24,509 nucleotides of DNA. Origin: a virus. Its lineage: Duplodnaviria; Caudoviricetes. Numbering within the stretch: position 1 is the stretch's first letter; each line of letters begins with the position of its first letter. The stretch lies in the IMG/VR virus record IMGVR_UViG_3300042914_002625, positions 1 through 24,509 of that record. One strand, written 5' to 3'. The notes beneath the pieces are model-generated. The model was not told where the DNA came from. It worked only from the letters and a program-made list of their open reading frames with translations, and made no database searches. Positions 8,023 to 15,719 of the stretch are shown here, in pieces. A program made the translations under genes and the position numbers.

Positions 8023-8417
8023 AACGCACCTCTGTTAATTGCTTCGCAAGCATCTTGTAGAGTGTTAAAAACCAATGTTGCATGGTACGCAACCCAAGGC
8101 GATAACGCATCGCCTATATTGTTTACTACGAAAACCGCCTGTCCGTTCATGTTAGCGTACATGATTTCCATCGCCGTTCCGAAACTTGGCTTGTCAATCC
8201 AAACCAAAATGATTTCGCTGTTGTCGATGTCCTCCTTGTCTTTCTCGATGATCTCGTAGGTGTAGGTATTTTCGCATCCGCGATAATCTCTACGCATAGG
8301 GTCAATGCAATTATGCTTAGGCAAGAGTCGCTTAGCTAAAGTCCTCCAGTCTTTACATTCCGCATCCGTGCATCCGTTTATTCGCCCACAAAGATATATG
8401 TTCTTTCGTTGCGTCAT
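8019..8417 (-). CDS. Nucleoside 2-deoxyribosyltransferase / nucleotide N-glycosidase-like protein
   Basis: IYLCG, DWR, IDP, DKEDIDNSEIILV, SFGTAMEIMYA (catalytic Glu) and SPW. ATG at 8417 overlaps the RusA stop. Confidence 0.85.
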   Translation of the reverse strand: MTQRKNIYLCGRINGCTDAECKDWRTLAKRLLPKHNCIDPMRRDYRGCENTYTYEIIEKDKEDIDNSEIILVWIDKPSFGTAMEIMYANMNGQAVFVVNNIGDALSPWVAYHATLVFNTLQDACEAINRGAF

Positions 8418-8818
8418 TGGGTTACCTCGATCCATGTACCGACTTGATCCTCTGGCCCAACGTACCACTTTTCGACCGTCAGCCGATAGACCTGGCCATC
8501 GTCATTGTAGGCAACTTTGTTCAGTGCATCGAGGATTGCTTTTCCAACATTGTCCAAGTCGGGCTTTGTTGTCTTTGGCTCAGGCTTTTGCTGTCGCTTC
8601 TTGCTGTGGCTCTTGGGTCGATCGAACCAACAAACGATCCGAATCGAAACCGGCCCCTCTAACACCTCGCCGCCTGCGTTGACGTAAGCCAGCCTAATTG
8701 CTTGCTTGAACGCATGGATGGGATGCTTTGCATCAACATAGGCCCTTGCGAAACCGCCGCGAGTCGAGATCGTAGGCCGTGGTTGCGCCACCGGCTCACC
8801 TGGAATAAAAATTCTCAC
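8414..8818 (-). CDS. rusA: RusA-family Holliday junction resolvase
   Basis: IPGEPVAQPRP and KPDLDNVGKAILDALN...YNDDGQV...KWY signature. Confidence 0.92.
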   Translation of the reverse strand: MRIFIPGEPVAQPRPTISTRGGFARAYVDAKHPIHAFKQAIRLAYVNAGGEVLEGPVSIRIVCWFDRPKSHSKKRQQKPEPKTTKPDLDNVGKAILDALNKVAYNDDGQVYRLTVEKWYVGPEDQVGTWIEVTQ

Positions 8819-9369
8819 TTTGTTTCCTCCGCCTTAATCAACCGATCGAGATACCAACGAGCCTTTTTAAGATCCTCGATGCCGTTTTTGAACCAGCACC
8901 GCAAAACGTACTTGAGTACCTGCCAATGCAATCCAGCCGCTTTGTTGTTTGGTGCATTAGCTATCGCTGCTTCGATGATGTCGATCGTCTCAGCCGGTAA
9001 TTGCTTGTAGTGGGAAGGGTTAACTGGATCTGATGCTAAGGATTGCTCAATTGCTTCGTGCTCGACGCGAGAAAGCGAACTTCCAAATACCCATATCACA
9101 GTTCCATTGTCTGCTTGAAAGCAAAACTTTTGTGTCTGTTCGCACCATTCGGAAACAATGCCCTTGTGCCCGCACCAAGTTACTTTATCACCTACGCAGA
9201 TGGTTTTCGGCTTAACCGCTTCCGGTTGCTCAACCGCTTCGGGCTCGACGGGCTTAACTTCGCTGACCAATGGCTGAAAATGCACTGACCCATTTTTGCA
9301 CTCAATATGGCCTCGATAAGCCCCTTCCATTACCTCGCACAATACCCAAACCTTATCGCCGATTTTCAT
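8815..9369 (-). CDS. DUF3310-domain protein (T7 gp1.7-like nucleotide kinase family) with N-terminal extension
   Basis: C-terminal DPVNPSHY...ETIDII...KYVLRCWFKNGIEDLKKARWYLDRLI. Confidence 0.85.
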   Translation of the reverse strand: MKIGDKVWVLCEVMEGAYRGHIECKNGSVHFQPLVSEVKPVEPEAVEQPEAVKPKTICVGDKVTWCGHKGIVSEWCEQTQKFCFQADNGTVIWVFGSSLSRVEHEAIEQSLASDPVNPSHYKQLPAETIDIIEAAIANAPNNKAAGLHWQVLKYVLRCWFKNGIEDLKKARWYLDRLIKAEETK

Positions 9370-9548
9370 TTCTTCCTCCTTAACGCTGGATGATCTTTGT
9401 TGACGACGGCTCGGAGTGCGTCGAATAACTCTTTGGTTCTTGCCTGAGATTCGGTCAGCTTTCGGCTCGTTCGCTCTAGCTGCTTGCGAAGGTCTTTGTT
9501 TTCGGACTTAAGATCCTCGATGTTCGCAAAGTATTCGGAAAGCTTCAT
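9366..9548 (-). CDS. Small coiled-coil protein (60 aa)
   Basis: ATGA overlaps on both sides; heptad pattern. Confidence 0.65.
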   Translation of the reverse strand: MKLSEYFANIEDLKSENKDLRKQLERTSRKLTESQARTKELFDALRAVVNKDHPALRRKK

Positions 9549-10021
9549 CGCAAGTTAGCCTTTCGATATTCAGCAGCATGATCGCTCAATACCAGCTTTG
9601 TGTTTTCGTCGTGCTGTTCTCTGGTTATCAATCCAGCCTTAAACGCGTCTCCTGAATCCCATATTCGTTTCATGAATGGCCTTAGGCTTACATGGCTGTA
9701 GCTTGCTGAATCGCTTTCGCGACTCTTGATCGATTCAATCAAAACGCCTTTTTTCTGATCTGTTCTGTCTCGCATTACCACGCCTCGCAAGTGCAAAGCA
9801 AAATCGGAATACTGCAAGTGGCTCGGTCTTGGTAGTTCGTCCCTTGTCCACCTGTAAACAACCGACAGAGCCTCCTGCGTAGTTATGTCTCGCAGTGTTC
9901 CCTGCCAAGCGTCGATTGTGTCAATGACCTTTACGCTGTTCTCCTGCAGGTAAACGTAGAGAGCCGGAAAATGTGCAAATACCACCTCGGTAAAAAACAA
10001 TCGATTTTCAGACGCGTCCAT
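9545..10021 (-). CDS. Replication-module protein, possibly a helicase loader or loader inhibitor (158 aa)
   Basis: ATG at 10021 with GAGGA SD, immediately after the initiator. AWQGTLRDI...ALSVV...P pattern is reminiscent of G39P-like proteins; function is inferred from position. Confidence 0.5.
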   Translation of the reverse strand: MDASENRLFFTEVVFAHFPALYVYLQENSVKVIDTIDAWQGTLRDITTQEALSVVYRWTRDELPRPSHLQYSDFALHLRGVVMRDRTDQKKGVLIESIKSRESDSASYSHVSLRPFMKRIWDSGDAFKAGLITREQHDENTKLVLSDHAAEYRKANLR

Positions 10022-10859
10022 TTTTGATATCCTCGATGAGTTGCCTTGCTTTGTCTCCCCTTGTCTCCCTGCCCTGCGGATTCCTAGCAGATTCCAGTTT
10101 CGCTTTTGCGATCTTGTCAAAGTCGTTTTCAACATGCAATAGATTTTTCGCTTGTTTGCTGATTGAAAAATCAATGTCCGCCAGTGCTTTTTCTTTCCCT
10201 CTCTCGATCAATCGCTTGATCCAAGTTTCCTGCAATATCTCGTCAACTTTGACCGCATCCCTCGAAAAACGAAATGCCAACCATCGGCAGAATTCAGGTG
10301 CAAGCCACTCAGGGCAAACCGTGTTTTCTGACAAGAACTCAAAATGCTTGATTCTCAACAGAGAGAGAGAGACATAATGACTACTCTTATCTCCTGTACT
10401 GTTCTCTCCTGTGGTCACGGTTTTGTCACTGTCTGACCGTGACAGATTCGTGACAGATTCCGGCGGTTCGGGATCCTGCTTTGCAGGTTGCGATTTCTTA
10501 GTTTCCCTTGCAATTCGTTGATTCATCGCGTTTTGAATCCTCGATTTTGCAGACTTGGAAAGCCAGTTTTCCCACTTCGGGAAAGCGACGAACGATACCC
10601 CATCCGTTGTTTTTCCTTCGACCAGCCAGCCAACGGAACACATCGCGTCAATCACTTTCGGAAGCTTGACGGCCCTCGACAGTGACATTTTCGTGACACC
10701 TGTCACGGTTCCATCGTGACAATTTCGTGACGCCCAAGACCAAACCCGATGCAAGCATCCGACGACATATTCATCGGACTCGCCGAGAATATCGGCCATC
10801 TGAAGAACGGCAGGATCCTCGCATAGATCGAGCCGCATAGGTATCCAATCACCAGCCAT
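10008..10859 (-). CDS. Phage replication initiator protein
   Basis: MAGDWIPMRLDLCEDPAV...VVGCLHRVWSWA...FPKWENW N-terminal domain is typical of phage initiators. Low-complexity linker carries DNA repeats; GGAGAG SD before ATG at 10859. Confidence 0.75.
   Translation of the reverse strand: MAGDWIPMRLDLCEDPAVLQMADILGESDEYVVGCLHRVWSWASRNCHDGTVTGVTKMSLSRAVKLPKVIDAMCSVGWLVEGKTTDGVSFVAFPKWENWLSKSAKSRIQNAMNQRIARETKKSQPAKQDPEPPESVTNLSRSDSDKTVTTGENSTGDKSSHYVSLSLLRIKHFEFLSENTVCPEWLAPEFCRWLAFRFSRDAVKVDEILQETWIKRLIERGKEKALADIDFSISKQAKNLLHVENDFDKIAKAKLESARNPQGRETRGDKARQLIEDIKNGRV
10414..10731. repeat. Iteron-like GTGAC/GTCAC repeats, probable replication origin
   Basis: Cores at 10414, 10425, 10439, 10450 and at 10682, 10693, 10702, 10716, 10727; mostly pairs exactly 11 bp apart, inside the initiator gene. 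Confidence 0.7.
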
Positions 10860-10900
10860 CTCTCCACCAACCCTCTCAGTTGAAGCCAATAAACCGCCAC

Positions 10901-11155
10901 CTACGGAAGATTAGGTGGAATCTTTTCAGTGTCCGCGCTCGACTGCCTCCACTCTGCAAGATCGTTGTTTAAGTAGTCAATCATATCGCTGATCGTCATA
11001 CACTTTTCAGCTGCGTCGATAGCCTGCGAAAACCCGTGCACAAAGCCCCTTCGGTAACTACATTCCGCTGCTTCAGCCGCGACGCTCCATCTTGGCGAGT
11101 CCGGCAATTGTTTTGGCTTTAAGCCCGCAATGTCTGTGTTTTTAGATTCTGTCAT
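10901..11155 (-). CDS. Hypothetical protein (84 aa)
   Basis: AAGGGA SD; contains SYRRGFVHGF, a pattern common in small phage proteins. Confidence 0.65.
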   Translation of the reverse strand: MTESKNTDIAGLKPKQLPDSPRWSVAAEAAECSYRRGFVHGFSQAIDAAEKCMTISDMIDYLNNDLAEWRQSSADTEKIPPNLP

Positions 11156-11199
11156 TTCGTTTCCCTTGGAGTTAAAAACAGTTCGATTTTAGGACACAC

Positions 11200-11233
11200 A
11201 AAAGAGCCGCCCGCCCTCTCGAGCGAGCGACCC
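11200..11233 (-). terminator. Probable intrinsic terminator
   Basis: GGGTCGCTCGCTC-GAGA-GGGCGGGCGGCTC (13 bp including G-U pairs, GNRA loop) followed by TTTTGTGT. Confidence 0.7.
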
Positions 11234-11375
11234 TGTGGCAAGCAGTGTGGAGATTAGCCACTTACTTACCGGCGGTCGATTAGGTGATTAGCCCGGCTCG
11301 TACCGCGCACCAGTTCATTTGGCCGGACTCTTGCAGATCGCAGATAGCAAGCACCTTTGCCTAGGCGAACCGACC
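11200..11375 (-). ncRNA. Unclassified multi-stem structured RNA
   Basis: Nested helices GGTCGGTT/AATCGACC, AGGTG/CACCT and CTTGC/GCAAG, a second hairpin at 11237-11270 and the terminator hairpin. G-U pairs work only on the minus strand. Confidence 0.5.
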
Positions 11376-11384
11376 TGAGAAGGA

Positions 11385-12362
11385 TCAATCAAATAAGGTT
11401 GGCTGTAGATCTTGCGTTGCTTGCGTTTGAATGCTTGCAAGGTTCTTAACCGCCTGCCTGTAGTAACTCGGCTTTAACTCGCAACCAATACCTCGACGAC
11501 CAAGCGATACAGCACCATAGACCTCAGAGCCTACGCCCATAAACGGAGTTAAAACAACATCGCCGGGATTGCTCCAAAGCTCGACCGATCGCTGTATGAC
11601 ATCGAGCTGCAAAGGATGTTGATGCCGCTCGTCACCTTCATCCTTGCTTTCTTCGTAAGGCAATACTCGATCGAGCCGAATGTCGTCCCAAAAGCAGGAT
11701 GCGTAGTTTCTCCAAATCCAGTGAGAGTATCGATTCTCGGTCTGCTTTCCAGTGTGTCCCTTGTACCGATGCAACTCAGATGGAATCTCTCGCTCGCCGT
11801 AGTATTCGTGCAATCCAGTTTCGTGCGTTACCGGCTCTGGATTAACGCCCTTCTTGCGAAACGGTATTAAGTAGTCCGCCGCAGCAACATTGGTTAAGGT
11901 TGAGTCCTCGCAGATCTGACGATGTGCAAGAGCCTTAGCCATTGTTCGATTACGCACAGCCAATGGCTCTTTCCAGATGCAAATTCTTGGCAAGTAGTCG
12001 AACCCTAGCTTTTCGTGCAGTCGGATTATATCGCCTGGAAAGTCGGTGTATCCGCAAATGTTCGCACCTTGCTTTGGTACGTCCATGCAATGCACCGCCG
12101 TGATCCTACCGGGCTTTGTGGCCCTTGCGATATTCTCAACGATAAATGCGTAGTGGTCAAAAAACTCTGCGTAGGTTCTTGCGTTAGAAAGATCCCGAAC
12201 ACTGCTTGAGTAGTTGTAAAGACATCCACCGTTTTCGGTTGCGAATGGCGGAGAGTATACCGATAGCCCAATGGACTCATCTGGTATTGTTTTGATCCAC
12301 TCAGCCGAGTCGCCATTGTAGATTGCGTAGTTGTCTTTGATTACCTGCTCGTTTACAGCCAT
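11385..12362 (-). CDS. DNA amino-methyltransferase (N4-C/N6-A, class beta)
   Basis: Catalytic SVYSPPF near the N-terminus; HQHPLQ and SAM-binding VLTPFMGVGSE...GCELK near the C-terminus. Confidence 0.92.
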   Translation of the reverse strand: MAVNEQVIKDNYAIYNGDSAEWIKTIPDESIGLSVYSPPFATENGGCLYNYSSSVRDLSNARTYAEFFDHYAFIVENIARATKPGRITAVHCMDVPKQGANICGYTDFPGDIIRLHEKLGFDYLPRICIWKEPLAVRNRTMAKALAHRQICEDSTLTNVAAADYLIPFRKKGVNPEPVTHETGLHEYYGEREIPSELHRYKGHTGKQTENRYSHWIWRNYASCFWDDIRLDRVLPYEESKDEGDERHQHPLQLDVIQRSVELWSNPGDVVLTPFMGVGSEVYGAVSLGRRGIGCELKPSYYRQAVKNLASIQTQATQDLQPTLFD

Positions 12363-13714
12363 GATGGCATCTCCTCTTTCTCTGGAAAATAATCTTGCGT
12401 TACAATGTGCATTGCGTCGTTCATGTGCTTACATAGCTCACGAAACATCCGACGCGATTGCTCTTGTTTCCTTTGTAGATTCTTGATGATCCCTCGCTCG
12501 CCTTCGCTTGCGATGATGTTTACAGTTACGTCTTTGTTTTGACCGAATCGATAGCAACGCCGAACGGCCTGATAGTATTGCTCGAACGAGTGCGAAGGAA
12601 ACACCGTCACGTTATTGCAATGCTGCCAGTTAAGACCCCACGCTCCAATCTTCGGCTTGATTATCAATCGCTTAATCTGACCGTTTGCAAATCCAATCAA
12701 CGCCTCCTCTTTTTCCTCGTCTTTCATGCTGCCAGATACTTGGACTGAGTCGGCAACCATCTTTTCGAGCATATCGCCCTCGGGATTGAGCTCGCACCAA
12801 AGAACCGATGATCCTTCGTGAGCGTGAACAATCTCGGCGGCCATTTCGCAACGCTCTGGCATTGTTCGCCTGCGTTCTTCTCTTTCCTCTTGCATGTCTC
12901 TCGCAGGCAACGCAAGCAGAAAGCCATCGCGAAGTCTTGCGGATTCAACAACGTGTTCAATCTCGTTTAGCTTCGGAAGAACAAACCTAGATCCATCAAA
13001 CCCAATATCCTCAGGCTTCTGAATTGATCGAGCCCAAGAACAAACCCAAGACCAAAACGGTTGCTCTGCATGACCACGAAAGCGATACTTCGTTCGACCC
13101 CATCCATGATGATCCTTGGATGTCTCTTGCTTGAAAAACTTGGTTATCATGTCGCGAAAGCCCATGAGCCCCAAAGCTTCGCTTGATGTCCCAAGCTCCC
13201 AAAAATCATTAGGAGCCGCCGTAGCTGTACAGAGCAACCTGAACTCGACAGTCCGAAGGAACTCAACAACAACATCCTTGCGTTCGCTTTTGAAGTCTTT
13301 GATCGCTGACGACTCATCGCATACGACAGCCGCAAAGTCGCGAGGGTTAAGCTTGTGCAACTGTTCGTAGTTAGTAACCCAAACACAAGGCGAACCATCA
13401 AATCTCCCATCGCGAGACCTTTTGGCTTCAATTCCAAAACGCTCCGCCTCTTGGATCGTTTGAGCACCTACGGCAATTGGCGTAACAATCAAGGCAGCTT
13501 TGTTTCGATGCTCGATAATCTTTTGAGCCCATGCCAACTGCATCGCAGTCTTACCCATTCCGCAGTCAGCAAAGATCGCTGATCGACCTTGACGCAAAGA
13601 CCAATCGACCAAGTAGGCCTGGAAATCATAGAGCCACGGTTGCAACTCTCCTGGATCGATACCGCATTGGCTACGCCATTGCGACTTCGACCTAATAAAC
13701 TCATCGTAATTCAT
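12353..13714 (-). CDS. SF2 (SNF2-like) helicase/ATPase
   Basis: DCGMGKT (motif I), VCDESS (II), TAT (III), GLNWQ (V), QAVRRCYRFGQ (VI). Confidence 0.9.
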   Translation of the reverse strand: MNYDEFIRSKSQWRSQCGIDPGELQPWLYDFQAYLVDWSLRQGRSAIFADCGMGKTAMQLAWAQKIIEHRNKAALIVTPIAVGAQTIQEAERFGIEAKRSRDGRFDGSPCVWVTNYEQLHKLNPRDFAAVVCDESSAIKDFKSERKDVVVEFLRTVEFRLLCTATAAPNDFWELGTSSEALGLMGFRDMITKFFKQETSKDHHGWGRTKYRFRGHAEQPFWSWVCSWARSIQKPEDIGFDGSRFVLPKLNEIEHVVESARLRDGFLLALPARDMQEEREERRRTMPERCEMAAEIVHAHEGSSVLWCELNPEGDMLEKMVADSVQVSGSMKDEEKEEALIGFANGQIKRLIIKPKIGAWGLNWQHCNNVTVFPSHSFEQYYQAVRRCYRFGQNKDVTVNIIASEGERGIIKNLQRKQEQSRRMFRELCKHMNDAMHIVTQDYFPEKEEMPSWL

Positions 13715-13883
13715 CTTTTTTAACCTCCGTTAAAGAACCATCCTTTTGAGCCTCAAGATCCCGAATGACCTTGAGCAACTCGATAATCATTGTCGCCAAT
13801 GTCCCGCTAGTTCCTGTCCAGCAATTAGCAGAGCCAAACCGTCGAGCATGTTGCTCGATCTCAATCATGCGTTCCGGTGTCAC
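13701..13883 (-). CDS. Hypothetical protein (60 aa)
   Basis: Fills the gap between thermonuclease and helicase; carries the GGAGG SD of the helicase. Confidence 0.6.
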   Translation of the reverse strand: MTPERMIEIEQHARRFGSANCWTGTSGTLATMIIELLKVIRDLEAQKDGSLTEVKKDELR

Positions 13884-14276
13884 CTACCAGTACCTTTCCT
13901 TTGCCAGCCCATCATTGATGAGCCGAGAGTTGAGCGACAATGGAGCGACTGTCAGGATCTTTTGGCCGTTGGCGATCGCCTGAGGATCCTTTGGAATTAC
14001 ATCGTAAATGATCGCGAGATATCGCCCGAACTTGTCCTGAAATTGCTTTTTCTTTGGCCCTTCAATCGACTGCACAACAACCTTTGAACCTACAAGATAT
14101 TGCATTCGCAACGCGTCTCTAAGATCCTTGCCTGCGTTGGTTCGCATCTCTGGCGCGTCAATTCCGTAGAGCCTCATTTTTTGTTCAGTAAATCCGCTCC
14201 ATCCTTGGTCAATCATAAGCTGGAACGTATCGCCATCGATTACACGAACGACGCTAGCCTTGAAGATGTAGATCAT
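13884..14276 (-). CDS. Thermonuclease (staphylococcal nuclease-like)
   Basis: RVIDGDT, RLYGIDAPE, DKFGRYLA and LINDGLA. Confidence 0.92.
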   Translation of the reverse strand: MIYIFKASVVRVIDGDTFQLMIDQGWSGFTEQKMRLYGIDAPEMRTNAGKDLRDALRMQYLVGSKVVVQSIEGPKKKQFQDKFGRYLAIIYDVIPKDPQAIANGQKILTVAPLSLNSRLINDGLAKERYW

Positions 14277-14632
14277 AGCCCCTCCCCTTCCTCTACCTCA
14301 ATGTCGATTTTCTTGCAGGCGATGCGATTAACACCTGCGCCTGATTCGGCATCCACCCGAGTTTTGTGTACGTTCAAAGCACCTCCTGGGTAAATATTAA
14401 CCCACAACTGCACCCGCACCTTCTTTTTTGGTGGAGGGGCAAGGTTAAGCAACGGATAACTTATACCCGAAATGGTATACTCTCCAGCTATATTCCACTC
14501 GGCAGCATAAACACCCCCGAGCATTCCTGTTTGCTCTCCGATGTACCGCTGTCGCTTTTCGCAAAACCGATAGATAACAGCATCTTCACCATTGACCAGC
14601 TTAACCGGCCCGACTTGCCATTTGTTACTCAA
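14273..14632 (-). CDS. Hypothetical phage protein (119 aa)
   Basis: TTG start overlapping the upstream ORF; ATGA coupling downstream. Confidence 0.65.
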   Translation of the reverse strand: MSNKWQVGPVKLVNGEDAVIYRFCEKRQRYIGEQTGMLGGVYAAEWNIAGEYTISGISYPLLNLAPPPKKKVRVQLWVNIYPGGALNVHKTRVDAESGAGVNRIACKKIDIEVEEGEGL

Positions 14633-14801
14633 GACCCACCGCCTTTCTGTATTTAGATTTCACCTGTTCGGTTACTTCGCCGAACTTCAATTTCGTTTCG
14701 TGATAAGCCTGCCGGATAGCCTCTGAGTCAGCCAATCCAGCGTCGGCAATTTTTATGCAAACACGCTCTGCGAACCATTCGTTGATCGCAAAATCATCCA
14801 T
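14625..14801 (-). CDS. Hypothetical protein (58 aa)
   Basis: Manual ORF MDDFAINEWFAERVCIKIADAGLADSEAIRQAY...; TAATG coupling; fills the gap exactly. Confidence 0.6.
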   Translation of the reverse strand: MDDFAINEWFAERVCIKIADAGLADSEAIRQAYHETKLKFGEVTEQVKSKYRKAVGLE

Positions 14802-15325
14802 TATTCCAACTCAAAGCCTTTTTCTGTCACAAAAATGCTTCGACCGCTTGGTAGTGTGTATTCCTTGCCGACTTCGAAATGATCTACGCAACTATCCAAT
14901 TTTTCTGAATAGTTCGGCTCGATGCGTCGGCGATACCAAGTGGTTTTTTCTTGCACTCCATTGTCGTTTTGAACAACTTGCCAGCAGTCAGCATGGTACG
15001 CCCAAGCTTCATCTGTCCCTAGCTTCGGCTCATCAGGAAACTTCCCAAGCAACCTCCACCCTTTGCCGGGGTCGGGCTTGTCGAGCCACCATTGCTGAGG
15101 CTCGTAGACTTGGCAATATCGAAAGCAATCGCCACTGTCATCAATGTACTGGAATAGCTTGTCGTAGTTAGACCAGCCAGCAAGAAAGCCTTCACGGGGC
15201 GATGCGCTTGGCCAATCGTTATCGACACTCTTAAACCTCGCCTCAACCTTCTCGCCTCGCATAACCTTGGCAACATCCTCGGCGGTTGCATCCCGCCAAA
15301 ACGCTTCGATCTTTTGTTCAGTCAT
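14801..15325 (-). CDS. Hypothetical phage protein (174 aa)
   Basis: AAGGTG SD, coupled at both ends. Confidence 0.7.
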   Translation of the reverse strand: MTEQKIEAFWRDATAEDVAKVMRGEKVEARFKSVDNDWPSASPREGFLAGWSNYDKLFQYIDDSGDCFRYCQVYEPQQWWLDKPDPGKGWRLLGKFPDEPKLGTDEAWAYHADCWQVVQNDNGVQEKTTWYRRRIEPNYSEKLDSCVDHFEVGKEYTLPSGRSIFVTEKGFELE

Positions 15326-15498
15326 TTTTCACCTTTCGCAAATTTGAAACCAGCCTGAAACGCTTGCCATGCCGTTTCGACAACACTGTCAAGATACCTA
15401 AGTTCATTACTAGCAAAGTGGCATTCTCTGCAAGAATATTTTTTTATCATGTGTAATTCAAACTCCTTGCGTATTGCATCCTGTTCAGCTTCGCTCAT
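15322..15498 (-). CDS. Hypothetical protein (58 aa)
   Basis: Manual ORF MSEAEQDAIRKEFE...RYLDSVVETAWQAFQAG...; the AWxAFQAG pattern is common in small phage proteins; ATGA coupling. Confidence 0.65.
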   Translation of the reverse strand: MSEAEQDAIRKEFELHMIKKYSCRECHFASNELRYLDSVVETAWQAFQAGFKFAKGEK

Positions 15499-15500
15499 TA

Positions 15501-15719
15501 CTAATTCATTTCATTTTTAACGTGGTGGTAAATAACCAAAACAGTCTGAGCCGCCGCTTGAGCCGATTGCCCTGTAAGGATTGATTGTGACTCTCCAGAT
15601 GCAACTCCATGCAGCATACACAAAAAAGACGCTTCAAACTGCTTCATTGATTCGTCTGTTATTAATGCTCGATATTTATCTAGCAATTCTTCCAACGTCG
15701 GCACGCTTGAGTTTGCCAT
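15501..15719 (-). CDS. Hypothetical protein (72 aa)
   Basis: TAATG coupling to dnaN, GGAGA SD. Confidence 0.6.
   Translation of the reverse strand: MANSSVPTLEELLDKYRALITDESMKQFEASFLCMLHGVASGESQSILTGQSAQAAAQTVLVIYHHVKNEMN

Noticed and set aside
11282-11375. HDV-like ribozyme or c-di-GMP-I riboswitch in the 11.3 kb RNA
   Set aside because: GCTAAT before a paired segment and GGCAAA...CCGGCC are superficially similar, but the P3/L3 nested pseudoknot and the GNRA/receptor architecture could not be built.
15367-15392. TTGACA on the minus strand as a promoter -35
   Set aside because: No -10 hexamer at 16-18 nt spacing, and it lies within a credible small ORF.
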